Shown: positions 1-8,657 of the stretch, in pieces
How the letters are laid out: each line of letters opens with the position of its first letter
How positions within the stretch are numbered: position 1 is the stretch's first letter
DNA from: Candidatus Nomurabacteria bacterium
GTDB lineage: Bacteria; Patescibacteriota; Minisyncoccia; Phycocordibacterales; UBA9973
NCBI GenBank assembly: GCA_029288725.1
Contig: JARIGS010000024.1
Location: 1 to 47,809 of the forward strand
DNA: 47,809 nucleotides
Direction: 5' to 3'
Notes under the pieces: model-generated
What the model was told of the DNA's origin: nothing
Seen by the model: the letters and a program-made list of their open reading frames with translations, nothing else
Databases searched by the model: none
Program-made: the position numbers and the translations under genes

Positions 1-510
1 CGGGGAAGCGTACGCTTCCCCGCGCACTTCATCCTCCTCGCTGCTATGAATCCCTGTCCGTGTGGCTATCGCGGCAGCACGATCAAGTCATGTAGTTGTA
101 CTGGTCACGAACTTGCTCGCTACAACAAAAAACTTTCCGGACCAATTATGGATCGTATTGATCTCTGGGTCCCCGTACAACACATCGAATACGAGTCACT
201 GCACGAAATTGGTACCATCAAGGAAAGTGCCGCAATGCAAGTTCGCGTACAGGCATTGCGCAGAGTGCAATACGATCGCACCGGCAGACTGAACAGCACA
301 ATGTCTTCACAGGAAGTGCGGACCAAAAGCAATCTCACCGATAACGCGAAAAAACAATTGCAGCAATTTGCCGCGACGCTAAAACTTTCTCCGCGCTCAT
401 ATCTGCGCACTATCAAAGTCGCACGCACTATCGCCGACCTTGATCATTCCGACGCGATCGAAGAGCGACACATTCTTGAAGCACTGCAGTATCGTCCAAA
501 ATTGGAATAG
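1..510 (+). CDS. comM: ComM/YifB-family Mg-chelatase-like AAA+ protein, C-terminal fragment (5' end outside window)
   Basis: Frame 1 is open from nt 1. It carries the ...LLAAMNPCPCGYRGS...CSC... motif and the C-terminal helical domain typical of YifB/ComM. Stop TAG at 508-510. Confidence 0.75.
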   Translation, partial: RGSVRFPAHFILLAAMNPCPCGYRGSTIKSCSCTGHELARYNKKLSGPIMDRIDLWVPVQHIEYESLHEIGTIKESAAMQVRVQALRRVQYDRTGRLNSTMSSQEVRTKSNLTDNAKKQLQQFAATLKLSPRSYLRTIKVARTIADLDHSDAIEERHILEALQYRPKLE

Positions 511-511
511 G

Positions 512-727
512 ATGAACATCATTTATACCGATCATGCAAAAGAACGAATGCGACAACGTAAAATTTATCAAAAAGATATCAAGGATGTAATAAGAAAACC
601 AAACATAGAGATATTGAGGAAGGATAACACTACCATACTGCAAAGTGAACTGAACCGCGGCACTCTTGAAATTATCTGCAAGAAAAGTCATACTACCTGC
701 GTAATCATAACTTGTTATCTCTTATGA
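512..727 (+). CDS. DUF4258-like small toxin-type protein
   Basis: 71 aa. The N-terminus MNIIYTDHAKERMRQRKI fits the H-A-x-x-R-M-x-x-R signature of DUF4258. The ATG lies 1 nt after the comM stop. Its stop TGA overlaps the next ATG (ATGA at 724-727). Confidence 0.5.
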   Translation: MNIIYTDHAKERMRQRKIYQKDIKDVIRKPNIEILRKDNTTILQSELNRGTLEIICKKSHTTCVIITCYLL

Positions 728-933
728 AAATAACTCACGACAAAATTGCAGATGCACTCTATATTACCTTTCGCAAGGGGGTTATTGCGAGGACTTCAAA
801 ATTAAAAAACCATGTCGTTATCGACATCGATAAAAACGGTGCGATTCTTGGTGTAGAAATACTTCATGCAAGTACACAAATTGCAAATAAAAAGCCGTTG
901 GATGTTACGGTAAAAATTCCTGCATTGGCATAA
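724..933 (+). CDS. DUF2283-like small antitoxin-type protein
   Basis: 69 aa. MKITHDKIADALYITF fits the Y/H-D-x-x-x-D-x-L-Y-I signature of DUF2283. It is translationally coupled to 512..727. Confidence 0.55.
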   Translation: MKITHDKIADALYITFRKGVIARTSKLKNHVVIDIDKNGAILGVEILHASTQIANKKPLDVTVKIPALA

Positions 934-934
934 T

Positions 935-969
935 AAAAAATCCTCGGGGCTCAGCCTCGAGGATTTTTT
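935..969. terminator. Bidirectional intrinsic terminator between convergent genes
   Basis: AAAAAATCCTCGGGGC-TCA-GCCTCGAGGATTTTTT hairpin with one mismatch, flanked by an A-run and a T-run. Confidence 0.65.
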
Positions 970-971
970 AT

Positions 972-1766
972 TTAGATCGTGTAGTTGGTGCCAAGCGGAT
1001 CGTTGCCCCACGGATTGAAGGCATTGTGAATTTCAAAATGGAGATGGGCACCTGTTACTCGTCCGCTGACACCGGAGAGTCCGATGACCTGAAGCTGTGC
1101 AACACTCTGACCAACCGTTACATTAATTTGTGAAAGGTGAGCATACAATGTTTCAGTACCGTTAGGATGTGCGATGATGATGTAGTTACCGTAGCCACCG
1201 TTGTATCCCTCCTTGGCAAGCGTCACTGTACCGGCTGCAGCTGCATGAACAGCGGTACCGATTGGCGCACGAATATCGACTGCATTGTTGTCATGAATGC
1301 CCTGACTGAGCTGTCCCTCGATTGGCTGCATCCAGTATCCGTCTCTAAGGATGGTAGTAATGGTGGGCAATGCAACCTGCGCACTTTGTGCAGAAGCACT
1401 GACAACTGGATATGCCACTTCGGGAGACTGCAGGTCAGAAGGAGGGAGGGCAATAGTGGCTTCCTTGTCGGCGATAGTGTTTTCACCCTTCACTTTTTTT
1501 ATAATTCCTTTTGGTGCGGCTTTTGTCTTGGTAGTCTTTCCGTGGCTCGCCGAAGCTTTAGCGGAGGAGGTTTTCGCGGGCGCAGATTTTTTAGCGACAG
1601 TTTTTGTAGTCGTTTTTTTTGTTGATGCGCTAACAGAAGAAACTTTTTTTACAGCGGGCTTTGCTGTTTTTGAAGCTGCATGCGCAGTGCCGCCAGTAAG
1701 GCTGATGGCTAGGATAAGTATGACAAGAAATCGTAAACGTTTCCTCGGTGTTTCGGGGGGTACCAT
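972..1766 (-). CDS. Secreted M23 (LytM-type) metallopeptidase
   Basis: C-terminal AVDIRAPIGTAVHAAAAGTV...GYGNYIIIAHPNGTETLYAHL...GAHLHFEI motifs. Signal-like N-terminus MVPPETPRKRLRFLVILILAISLTGGTAHA, then a K/A/T/S-rich linker. ATG 1766 is preferred over the upstream GTG at 1799. Confidence 0.85.
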   Translation of the reverse strand: MVPPETPRKRLRFLVILILAISLTGGTAHAASKTAKPAVKKVSSVSASTKKTTTKTVAKKSAPAKTSSAKASASHGKTTKTKAAPKGIIKKVKGENTIADKEATIALPPSDLQSPEVAYPVVSASAQSAQVALPTITTILRDGYWMQPIEGQLSQGIHDNNAVDIRAPIGTAVHAAAAGTVTLAKEGYNGGYGNYIIIAHPNGTETLYAHLSQINVTVGQSVAQLQVIGLSGVSGRVTGAHLHFEIHNAFNPWGNDPLGTNYTI

Positions 1767-1990
1767 AATTACAAGTACTAATGATATCAAGAAAAGCACG
1801 TCGTTTCATATTTCAACCCGTACAAAACCTATCGTCAATACTTTTTTACTATTTTATCCTGGTATTACAACACATTGACATTTACTCATATTAAACATGT
1901 AATCAAAAATGTATTTCTGTACTTATAAACAAAAGGCGTACTACCATTTTAATTATCCGTCGGTACGCCGTAGCCTTCGTGCAGACTGAC

Positions 1991-1999
1991 TGCTACACT
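1991..1999 (+). promoter_or_regulatory. Extended -10 box TGcTACACT, 6 nt before the uvrD ATG (leaderless geometry)
   Basis: TGCTACACT-acaggc-ATG(2006). No purine-rich SD. Confidence 0.45.
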
Positions 2000-2005
2000 A
2001 CAGGC

Positions 2006-3958
2006 ATGCAATTTCTTGAAGGATTAAATGATGCGCAGCGAAAGGCCGCGATAACAACAGAAGGACCGTTACTTATTGTTGCAGGAGCAGGCGCGGGAAA
2101 AACAAAAACCATTGTCCATCGCATGTGCCATCTCATTGAAAACGGTGTTGCTCCCTCAGCAATCTTGGCGGTGACCTTTACCAACAAGGCCGCAAAGGAG
2201 ATGCGCGAGCGTGTAAGCATGCAGGTGGAGCAGATTCCTGCTGCACTACGCGAGGGCACAATTCCGTTTGTCAGTACGTTTCATAGTTTGGGAGTGTTTC
2301 TTCTGAGAAAGTTCGGCGCCTACGATGGGACTGTGAAACGTTTCACCATCCTTGATGACGCTGATACCATGTCGCTTATTAAGGAATCGTTGCAATACTT
2401 TGGTCTTGATCCGAAACAGAACGAACCGCGTAGCATCCGTTCGCTTATTAGTCGTTCGGCGAATGCATTGCTCACTCCTGAAAAGCTGTTAGGGGAGAGC
2501 AATCCCCACTATCGCATCGCCGGCCAGGTCTGGAAGCGCTATGCATCATTGAAGAAAGAGCAGAAGTCACTGGACTTCGATGATTTGCTGTTGGAAACCG
2601 TGAAACTACTCGAGGAAAACAAAACCGTGCGTGACTGGTGTCATGATACCTGGCAGTACATTCATATCGATGAGTACCAGGACACTAACGAGGTGCAGTA
2701 TCGCATCGCGCGCGCATTGGCCGGCGAACGAAAAAATCTCTGCGTGGTTGGTGACTCCGATCAGAGTATCTATTCATGGCGCGGGGCAAACATCAAAAAT
2801 ATTTTGGAATTCGAGCATGACTATCCGGAAGCAACTGTCGTACTGCTTGAGGAGAATTACCGTTCGACCAAAACTGTGATCGCAGCGGCAAACGAGATCG
2901 TTACTAAAAACAAATACCGCACCCCCAAGGCGCTCTTCACGAACAATGCCGACGGCGAACTTATTTCGGTCTATGCCGCCTACGATGAAAACGATGAGGC
3001 GAAGTTTATCGTTGAACGATGCATTGAGCAGATTGATAGCGGGGTAGCACCGGATGACATTGCAATTTTGTTCCGTACGAATTTTCAATCACGCGCGATT
3101 GAGGAAGCATTCCTTTCGTACAACATTCCATACCAGGTGCTCGGTGTGCGATTCTTCGAGCGTCGCGAAGTGAAGGACGTATTGTCTTATATTCGTGCCG
3201 CACAGAACCCCGACAGTCTTGTCGACATCAAGCGCATCATCAATACGCCAGTCCGAGGCATCGGCAAGGTTACCATTGCAAATTTATTTACTCACGGAAA
3301 AGAATCACTGTCCGGCAAGGCCCTTATCTCAGTCAAAAACTTTTTTGAGCTTCTCGAGCGCATCAGGGATTTTTCTGAACTACACGCTGTTTCAGAAACG
3401 ATTAAGTACATCATCGTCGAGAGCGGTATGCAACGTGCGTATCAGGAAGACAAAGTGGACGGTGAGGAACGATTGGAAAACTTGGAAGAGTTAGTAACCC
3501 TCGGACTTCGTTACGATCATTTTGATGGTACTGATGGATTGGAAAAATTATTGGAAGACGCAACACTGATGAGTGACCAGGATAATCTTGATAAAGAAAC
3601 TAGTAATGGAAAACAGGGAGTGAAGCTCATGACCATTCACGCTGCCAAGGGCTTGGAGTTTGGCACAGTTTTTGTCACGGGACTTGAGCATGGATTGTTT
3701 CCGCATGAACGCGATAGCAAGCTCACTGGTGCTGATGCCGAGGAAGAGCGTCGACTGATGTATGTCGCGGTAACGCGCGCGCGAAAAAAATTGTATCTGA
3801 CCTATGCAAGCATGCGCACGATATTTGGCATGCGCGATGTCCGTTTGCCGTCGGAATTTCTCATGGATGTGCCTGATGAATATATAGAGCGCGAAAGTCG
3901 CAGTGGGGAAGCAGGCTTCGGAAAAGGATTTGGCGGAGACTTTACGGTATTCCTCTAG
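2006..3958 (+). CDS. uvrD: UvrD/PcrA-type superfamily 1 DNA helicase
   Basis: GLNDAQRKA, Walker A AGAGAGKTKT, DEYQDTN, VGDSDQSIYSWRGA, ENYRST and HAAKGLEF..V motifs. ATG 2006 is preferred over GTG 1979 because of the -10 box geometry. Confidence 0.9.
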   Translation: MQFLEGLNDAQRKAAITTEGPLLIVAGAGAGKTKTIVHRMCHLIENGVAPSAILAVTFTNKAAKEMRERVSMQVEQIPAALREGTIPFVSTFHSLGVFLLRKFGAYDGTVKRFTILDDADTMSLIKESLQYFGLDPKQNEPRSIRSLISRSANALLTPEKLLGESNPHYRIAGQVWKRYASLKKEQKSLDFDDLLLETVKLLEENKTVRDWCHDTWQYIHIDEYQDTNEVQYRIARALAGERKNLCVVGDSDQSIYSWRGANIKNILEFEHDYPEATVVLLEENYRSTKTVIAAANEIVTKNKYRTPKALFTNNADGELISVYAAYDENDEAKFIVERCIEQIDSGVAPDDIAILFRTNFQSRAIEEAFLSYNIPYQVLGVRFFERREVKDVLSYIRAAQNPDSLVDIKRIINTPVRGIGKVTIANLFTHGKESLSGKALISVKNFFELLERIRDFSELHAVSETIKYIIVESGMQRAYQEDKVDGEERLENLEELVTLGLRYDHFDGTDGLEKLLEDATLMSDQDNLDKETSNGKQGVKLMTIHAAKGLEFGTVFVTGLEHGLFPHERDSKLTGADAEEERRLMYVAVTRARKKLYLTYASMRTIFGMRDVRLPSEFLMDVPDEYIERESRSGEAGFGKGFGGDFTVFL

Positions 3959-3976
3959 TAGTGCACTATACATATA

Positions 3977-4819
3977 ATGAAAGCAAAGAAACATCTCGGC
4001 CAGCATTTTCTCAAATCACAGAGTGCCCTTATCAAAATTCGTGACGCAGCCCACATCACGAGCGAAGATACCGTCTTGGAGATTGGACCAGGAACAGGGG
4101 CACTGACGACCCTGCTCATTGCCGCAGCCAAGCATGTCATCGCCATCGAAAAAGACACTGAGCTTATTCCACTACTGGAAACAACATTTGCCCAGGAAAT
4201 TGCTGCAGGGAAATTGACGCTCATTGAAGCAGACGTATTGCATTTTGACCCTTGCACGCTGACAGGCCTTGGAATAAAAACTTATAAACTGGTCGCCAAT
4301 ATTCCATACTATATAACAGGCGCCATCATCGAACAGTTTCTTAGCACGCCTTACCAGCCAGAGACAATGGTGCTCCTCATTCAAAAAGAGGTGGCAGAAC
4401 GAATCGTTGCTCGACCCGCCGATGGAACTAGTCGCAGCAAGGAAAGCATCCTCTCAGTCGCGGTCAAAGCCTATGGCGTACCGAAAATCATTGCCAAAGT
4501 ACCACCCGGAGCATTTGTCCCACCTCCGACCGTTGATTCCGCTATCCTTTCTATTGAAAACATTACCCGAAATTTCTTTAATGACTGCGACGAAATGCTC
4601 TTTTTCGCTGTCATGAAGGCTGTATTTGGCAAGAAGCGCAAGCAAATTGGTGGAAGCCTGGCAGAGTTCATCGGCAATAAGGAACAGGCATTGACCGCAC
4701 TTGCTCAATCAGGCATTGATCCTAAGACCCGACCTGAAGACATTACCTTGCAAACATGGAAAAAACTGACGCAAGTGTTGTACAATATAACCAATGAACA
4801 CTTCTCAGGGACCAAGTAA
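3977..4819 (+). CDS. rsmA: 16S rRNA (adenine1518/1519-N6)-dimethyltransferase RsmA/KsgA
   Basis: LGQHFL, EIGPGTGALT and NIPYYIT motifs. 280 aa. Confidence 0.9.
   Translation: MKAKKHLGQHFLKSQSALIKIRDAAHITSEDTVLEIGPGTGALTTLLIAAAKHVIAIEKDTELIPLLETTFAQEIAAGKLTLIEADVLHFDPCTLTGLGIKTYKLVANIPYYITGAIIEQFLSTPYQPETMVLLIQKEVAERIVARPADGTSRSKESILSVAVKAYGVPKIIAKVPPGAFVPPPTVDSAILSIENITRNFFNDCDEMLFFAVMKAVFGKKRKQIGGSLAEFIGNKEQALTALAQSGIDPKTRPEDITLQTWKKLTQVLYNITNEHFSGTK
4779..4786 (+). promoter_or_regulatory. -10 box TGTACAAT inside the rsmA 3' end, 7 nt before ATG 4794
   Basis: TGTACAAT-ataacca-ATG. No SD. Confidence 0.4.
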
Positions 4820-5681
4820 GCAATTCCTCATAAGAGGGGGTATTGCTATTGGTGTTATTGCCATACTATTAATAGTACAGACTGGCTGGTTTAAAAATCT
4901 TTTTCATAAAAAATCAGCAAATAATCAAAACCCGGTAGTAGGCGACCTCATTGCTAAAGACTCAAATGGCAACGGTATTCCTGATTGGGAAGAGCGATTA
5001 TGGGGTCTTGATCCGACCGTGCTCTATACTGACGGTAAAAGTAATATCGAGATTATTAAAGAAAAAAAGCTCGCTCTTGGTATCAAGGATGAGCCCGATG
5101 ACCAGCCTCTTACTCAGACAGACCAGATTGCCCGCAGCCTCTTTAGTCTTTCAGCGGCAGTCGCAGGCTCAGACCAGGTGGATAGCAGTGCTATAACAAG
5201 CGCAGCGGGAAATCTCGGTTCATCGGTAGATATTCAGACTATTAACGATCACTATTCACTAAAAAACCTCAAGACTACCAAGAGTACTCCGCAGTCTATC
5301 CGTACCTATCAATCACAACTTAGCGCTATATTGAGTGCCTATGACAGCAACACTGCTGATATCAATGTGATCGTGCAGGCTTTACAGACAGGGGATTTCA
5401 GCAATGTCGGTCAACTTTCTGCCACGGCCGTAACCTATCGTGGCTTTGCTGACAAGATCAGTCGTCTCACCGTCCCTATCGGTGCAGCTCAGTTTCAGCT
5501 TGATATTATGAATGGCTTCTATGGCATTGCCGACTCGTTTCAATATCTCGTACAGATTCAAGATGACGGTATTTCCGGTCTTTCCGGCATTGTTGCCTAT
5601 CGCAAGTATGACCTGCGGCTTGAAACAGCATTAGTGAATCTACATACTTATTTCGTCCGATACGGTATACTATCTTCGTAA
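4794..5681 (+). CDS. Membrane-anchored hypothetical protein (first gene of the T4SS-like locus)
   Basis: N-terminal TM helix GGIAIGVIAILLIVQTGWF, then a DSNGNGIPDWEE calcium-binding-like (thrombospondin type-3/dockerin-like) motif. The rest is helical and of unknown family. It overlaps rsmA by 26 nt. Confidence 0.6.
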   Translation: MNTSQGPSKQFLIRGGIAIGVIAILLIVQTGWFKNLFHKKSANNQNPVVGDLIAKDSNGNGIPDWEERLWGLDPTVLYTDGKSNIEIIKEKKLALGIKDEPDDQPLTQTDQIARSLFSLSAAVAGSDQVDSSAITSAAGNLGSSVDIQTINDHYSLKNLKTTKSTPQSIRTYQSQLSAILSAYDSNTADINVIVQALQTGDFSNVGQLSATAVTYRGFADKISRLTVPIGAAQFQLDIMNGFYGIADSFQYLVQIQDDGISGLSGIVAYRKYDLRLETALVNLHTYFVRYGILSS

Positions 5682-5682
5682 T

Positions 5683-7710
5683 ATGATGCGATATTTCCTC
5701 ATCCTTAGTCTCATAGTGGCAATCATTGCCGCACCGCTCACTGTCAGTGCACAAACAGCTGGGTACTACACTCCTCAGGTAACCCTGCAATACGGACAGG
5801 ACAACAGCTTTGGTGGATTAAGCTTCAAAGGAGTAGGGTCAGCGCTTGTTTCATGTAGTGGGCTAGGAGATACGGTAGCAAGCGTCATAACAAGTGCGGT
5901 CGATAAGGTCAAAGGAGTCGTTGGCGGATTGATAAGTAAGGGGTTGGACTCTATTACAGGGGGACTGTTTAGTTCATTGTTTGGTGGCGGCAGCAAGCCA
6001 GGCGATAATGCGAGCAGTCCTTCTTATGTTAAAGATACGGCTCTTGAAAATAAGTCCGGCTGTCTCGACGGTATTGCCTATGTCCTTTCCCAACAGGTCT
6101 TGCAACAAATCACCAACCGAACATTGCACTGGGCAAATACGGGCTTTAACGGCAACCCGCTCTATATCAAGGACATTGATTCATACCTCCTTTCAATACG
6201 AAACGAAAAAGTCAGCAGTTTTCTCAATGGAGCTCAAAATAGCAATCCTATCTTTGGCAACGCCCTGCGTTCGGTCATTACCCAGCAAGTCACTGGTTTG
6301 AATGATGGCCAAATAGATGTAGAGCTTAATACCCCCGAAGCAAAAGCATATACATCATTTATGAGCGACTTCAGCAATGGTGGGTGGGACGCATTACTGG
6401 ATCCAAAAAATAATCCTATCGGTGCATTCTTTAATGCTGCGGATGACCTTACCGACAATATCAATACCCAAAAAACCGACACACAAAACGAATTGCAACG
6501 CAATGGAGGATTTCTTGATATGAAAACTTGTGTGGAATATGCGCCCACGGGGGATACCAATGCAGCAATTCAGTCTGGCTTGCATGACCCTGTCTGTCTT
6601 AAGTATGAGACGGTTACACCTGGATCTATCGTCGCTCAGCAAGTATCAAGCATTACTAACTCACCGCAACGCCAGGCAGAACTTGCCACTAGTTTCAACG
6701 AGGCAGTAGGCTCATTCTTTGATGCATTGCTTAATCAGCTCTTTTCTCGCGGTCTTTCCGGTATTAACGGTCAGGCAAACCCTGCCGACATTGGATTGGC
6801 GACCGGCGGGCCAGGAAGCAACACTGTTATCGGCAGCAATGGTCAGGTTCTCGCTGGCATTAATGCCGGAGTAGGGAATATCAATGCTATCGCAGCAGGG
6901 AGCGCAACGGTGGATATCAGTCATCCCCAATTGCTTCGAGCAGTTATTCAGGCCCAGTATGACTACATGAACCGGGCAAGTGACAGTCGCATGGTCCTTG
7001 ACCGCCTCCTCCCTGAAATGGGTCAGCTTGATTACTGCGTACCAGGGCCAAATCCGAGCTGGCAGGATAGCCTCAATGACAATTTGAATACGTACATTAC
7101 TAGTGCCACCGCAACACAGATTAGCAGTGACAGCACCATCAGTAATAGCGGATTATCGTTATACGATAAGGTAAAATTGGGCACTCAGCCAGTAAAGGAT
7201 CGTCAGCTCTCTATTATCGGTAATCCAAGTGCCAAAAGTTATCTTCAGGGCACCGTTAGTGACAACCTTACCCAGGAATTCACTACCAAATTCAGTAGAG
7301 ATGCTATTGGCAATGCCTTTGCTGCAACTACTGTCGGTACAACACAACAGAACTACAATCGTGGGGAAGCAACCGATGCCTACGATGAAGTAGCTGACCT
7401 ACCAACGTTTGCACAAAACGCTACCAAACAGGACCAGCTGTATGCCCAGCATATCGCTACGGCCCAGCAGGATATTCAACAGCTTACTGCTATCAATGCT
7501 CAAGTCCTAAAAATAGTGACCACCGCCAAGGCCCGATATGTTGCCCAACAAAAGGCAGCCGGCACGCCAGTGAACCAGCAGTGTCTTGATGCTTCATATG
7601 TTATCGACAATAGTGCGGTAACAGGCGTATCGCGTCAGGAATCAAACGTGCAAAGTCCGCTCATTCAGCAGACGCTTAATGCCAATAAGTATTTCTATAG
7701 CAACCTATAA
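5683..7710 (+). CDS. Secreted hypothetical protein, 675 aa
   Basis: Signal peptide MMRYFLILSLIVAIIAAPLTVSA/QT. Long uninterrupted ORF starting 1 nt after the previous stop. No family recognised. Confidence 0.65.
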   Translation: MMRYFLILSLIVAIIAAPLTVSAQTAGYYTPQVTLQYGQDNSFGGLSFKGVGSALVSCSGLGDTVASVITSAVDKVKGVVGGLISKGLDSITGGLFSSLFGGGSKPGDNASSPSYVKDTALENKSGCLDGIAYVLSQQVLQQITNRTLHWANTGFNGNPLYIKDIDSYLLSIRNEKVSSFLNGAQNSNPIFGNALRSVITQQVTGLNDGQIDVELNTPEAKAYTSFMSDFSNGGWDALLDPKNNPIGAFFNAADDLTDNINTQKTDTQNELQRNGGFLDMKTCVEYAPTGDTNAAIQSGLHDPVCLKYETVTPGSIVAQQVSSITNSPQRQAELATSFNEAVGSFFDALLNQLFSRGLSGINGQANPADIGLATGGPGSNTVIGSNGQVLAGINAGVGNINAIAAGSATVDISHPQLLRAVIQAQYDYMNRASDSRMVLDRLLPEMGQLDYCVPGPNPSWQDSLNDNLNTYITSATATQISSDSTISNSGLSLYDKVKLGTQPVKDRQLSIIGNPSAKSYLQGTVSDNLTQEFTTKFSRDAIGNAFAATTVGTTQQNYNRGEATDAYDEVADLPTFAQNATKQDQLYAQHIATAQQDIQQLTAINAQVLKIVTTAKARYVAQQKAAGTPVNQQCLDASYVIDNSAVTGVSRQESNVQSPLIQQTLNANKYFYSNL

Positions 7711-7715
7711 CCATT

Positions 7716-8627
7716 ATGACTAAACGCATTCTTACTATCATCCTTGTACTCCTCGCTGTTGCCTTTCTATTACTCGGCGGCATCTGGCTTGTCGGTCGTC
7801 ATGAGGCTCAGAAAAATGGCACAACCCCGCTCACCTTTCGACAATTTCTTGGCCTGGGAACAAGTGCAAAACCGGCTTCGACAGCAGGGGGGACACTGAC
7901 CTCAACGTTTACCAATCCTAATGGCGCTACCGGTAGCGGTACCGCAGATAACGGCATCGGCCAGACTACTATTGGTCCAAATGGCACCATTACTAGTACC
8001 GTAGACAATACTCAAGTCAGCCAATTCACCGGTTCCAGCATTTCACCAACAGATAATGGGCTCATCAATAGTGCAACGATAGGCGGGGGAAGTCCTTTTA
8101 ATGGTTCAGGCACTATCGGCACCGGAACAACATTGCCTAGCGGAACTCCTATTACCGGAGGCACAACAGGAAATGGCAGCACCGCAGGGGCTATCGCGGC
8201 CGGCCTTGGAGGCACCAGTTGCAGCACCGCAGACACTACCATTACCTTTACTGCTTCAGAAATCCAACAGCTAAACGCTCTCCAGGCACAATACAATGCC
8301 ATAGCTGCCAACCTTGCAACCGAAAGTGATGCCGCCAACGAGCTTTCTAACTACAATGACGAGAAACTGCAGGAGGCAAAAATCGCGGAATTGCAGAATT
8401 TCTGCCAAACAAACGTGCCTCTTTTGACCGATCCGGAGCTTCGACGCCATGTTCCTACTCCCTTCTGGCACGATATAAATCAAGACAGTGAAACCTTTAC
8501 CCTCAGTGGTATTACCACACCAGTCGGCGCAGCCTATCAGCCTCTGTTCAATGCGCCTGCTACTGCCTATAGCAATGCCGATGCCGCCTCATTCCTTGAG
8601 CGTATGTTGCGCATTAACTTGTGGTAA
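7716..8627 (+). CDS. Membrane-anchored hypothetical protein with Gly/Thr-rich linker
   Basis: N-terminal TM helix ILTIILVLLAVAFLLLGGIWLV, a G/T/S/N-rich low-complexity stretch of about 170 aa, and a C-terminal globular part. Possible VirB8/PrgL-type scaffold, unproven. Confidence 0.6.
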   Translation: MTKRILTIILVLLAVAFLLLGGIWLVGRHEAQKNGTTPLTFRQFLGLGTSAKPASTAGGTLTSTFTNPNGATGSGTADNGIGQTTIGPNGTITSTVDNTQVSQFTGSSISPTDNGLINSATIGGGSPFNGSGTIGTGTTLPSGTPITGGTTGNGSTAGAIAAGLGGTSCSTADTTITFTASEIQQLNALQAQYNAIAANLATESDAANELSNYNDEKLQEAKIAELQNFCQTNVPLLTDPELRRHVPTPFWHDINQDSETFTLSGITTPVGAAYQPLFNAPATAYSNADAASFLERMLRINLW

Positions 8628-8642
8628 AGCAAGCGTCTGACG

Positions 8643-8651
8643 TGATACACT
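8643..8651 (+). promoter_or_regulatory. Extended -10 box TGaTACACT, 6 nt before GTG 8658
   Basis: The 12-mer cgTGATACACTa is identical to the box at 16698-16709. Confidence 0.45.
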
Positions 8652-8657
8652 ATATGC

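Noticed and set aside
1137-1878. Plus-strand ORFs of 162 and 175 aa
   Set aside because: They lie antisense to the M23 peptidase gene. The sequence is low-complexity and Cys/Phe-rich, and there are no start signals.
1979-2005. GTG start for uvrD at 1979
   Set aside because: ATG 2006 has the TGcTACACT-6-ATG leaderless geometry, and the helicase motifs begin right after it.
7850-8230. Gly/Thr-rich segment as a nucleotide tandem repeat or contingency locus
   Set aside because: No exact periodic DNA repeat is visible by eye. It reads as low-complexity coding sequence in an intact ORF.
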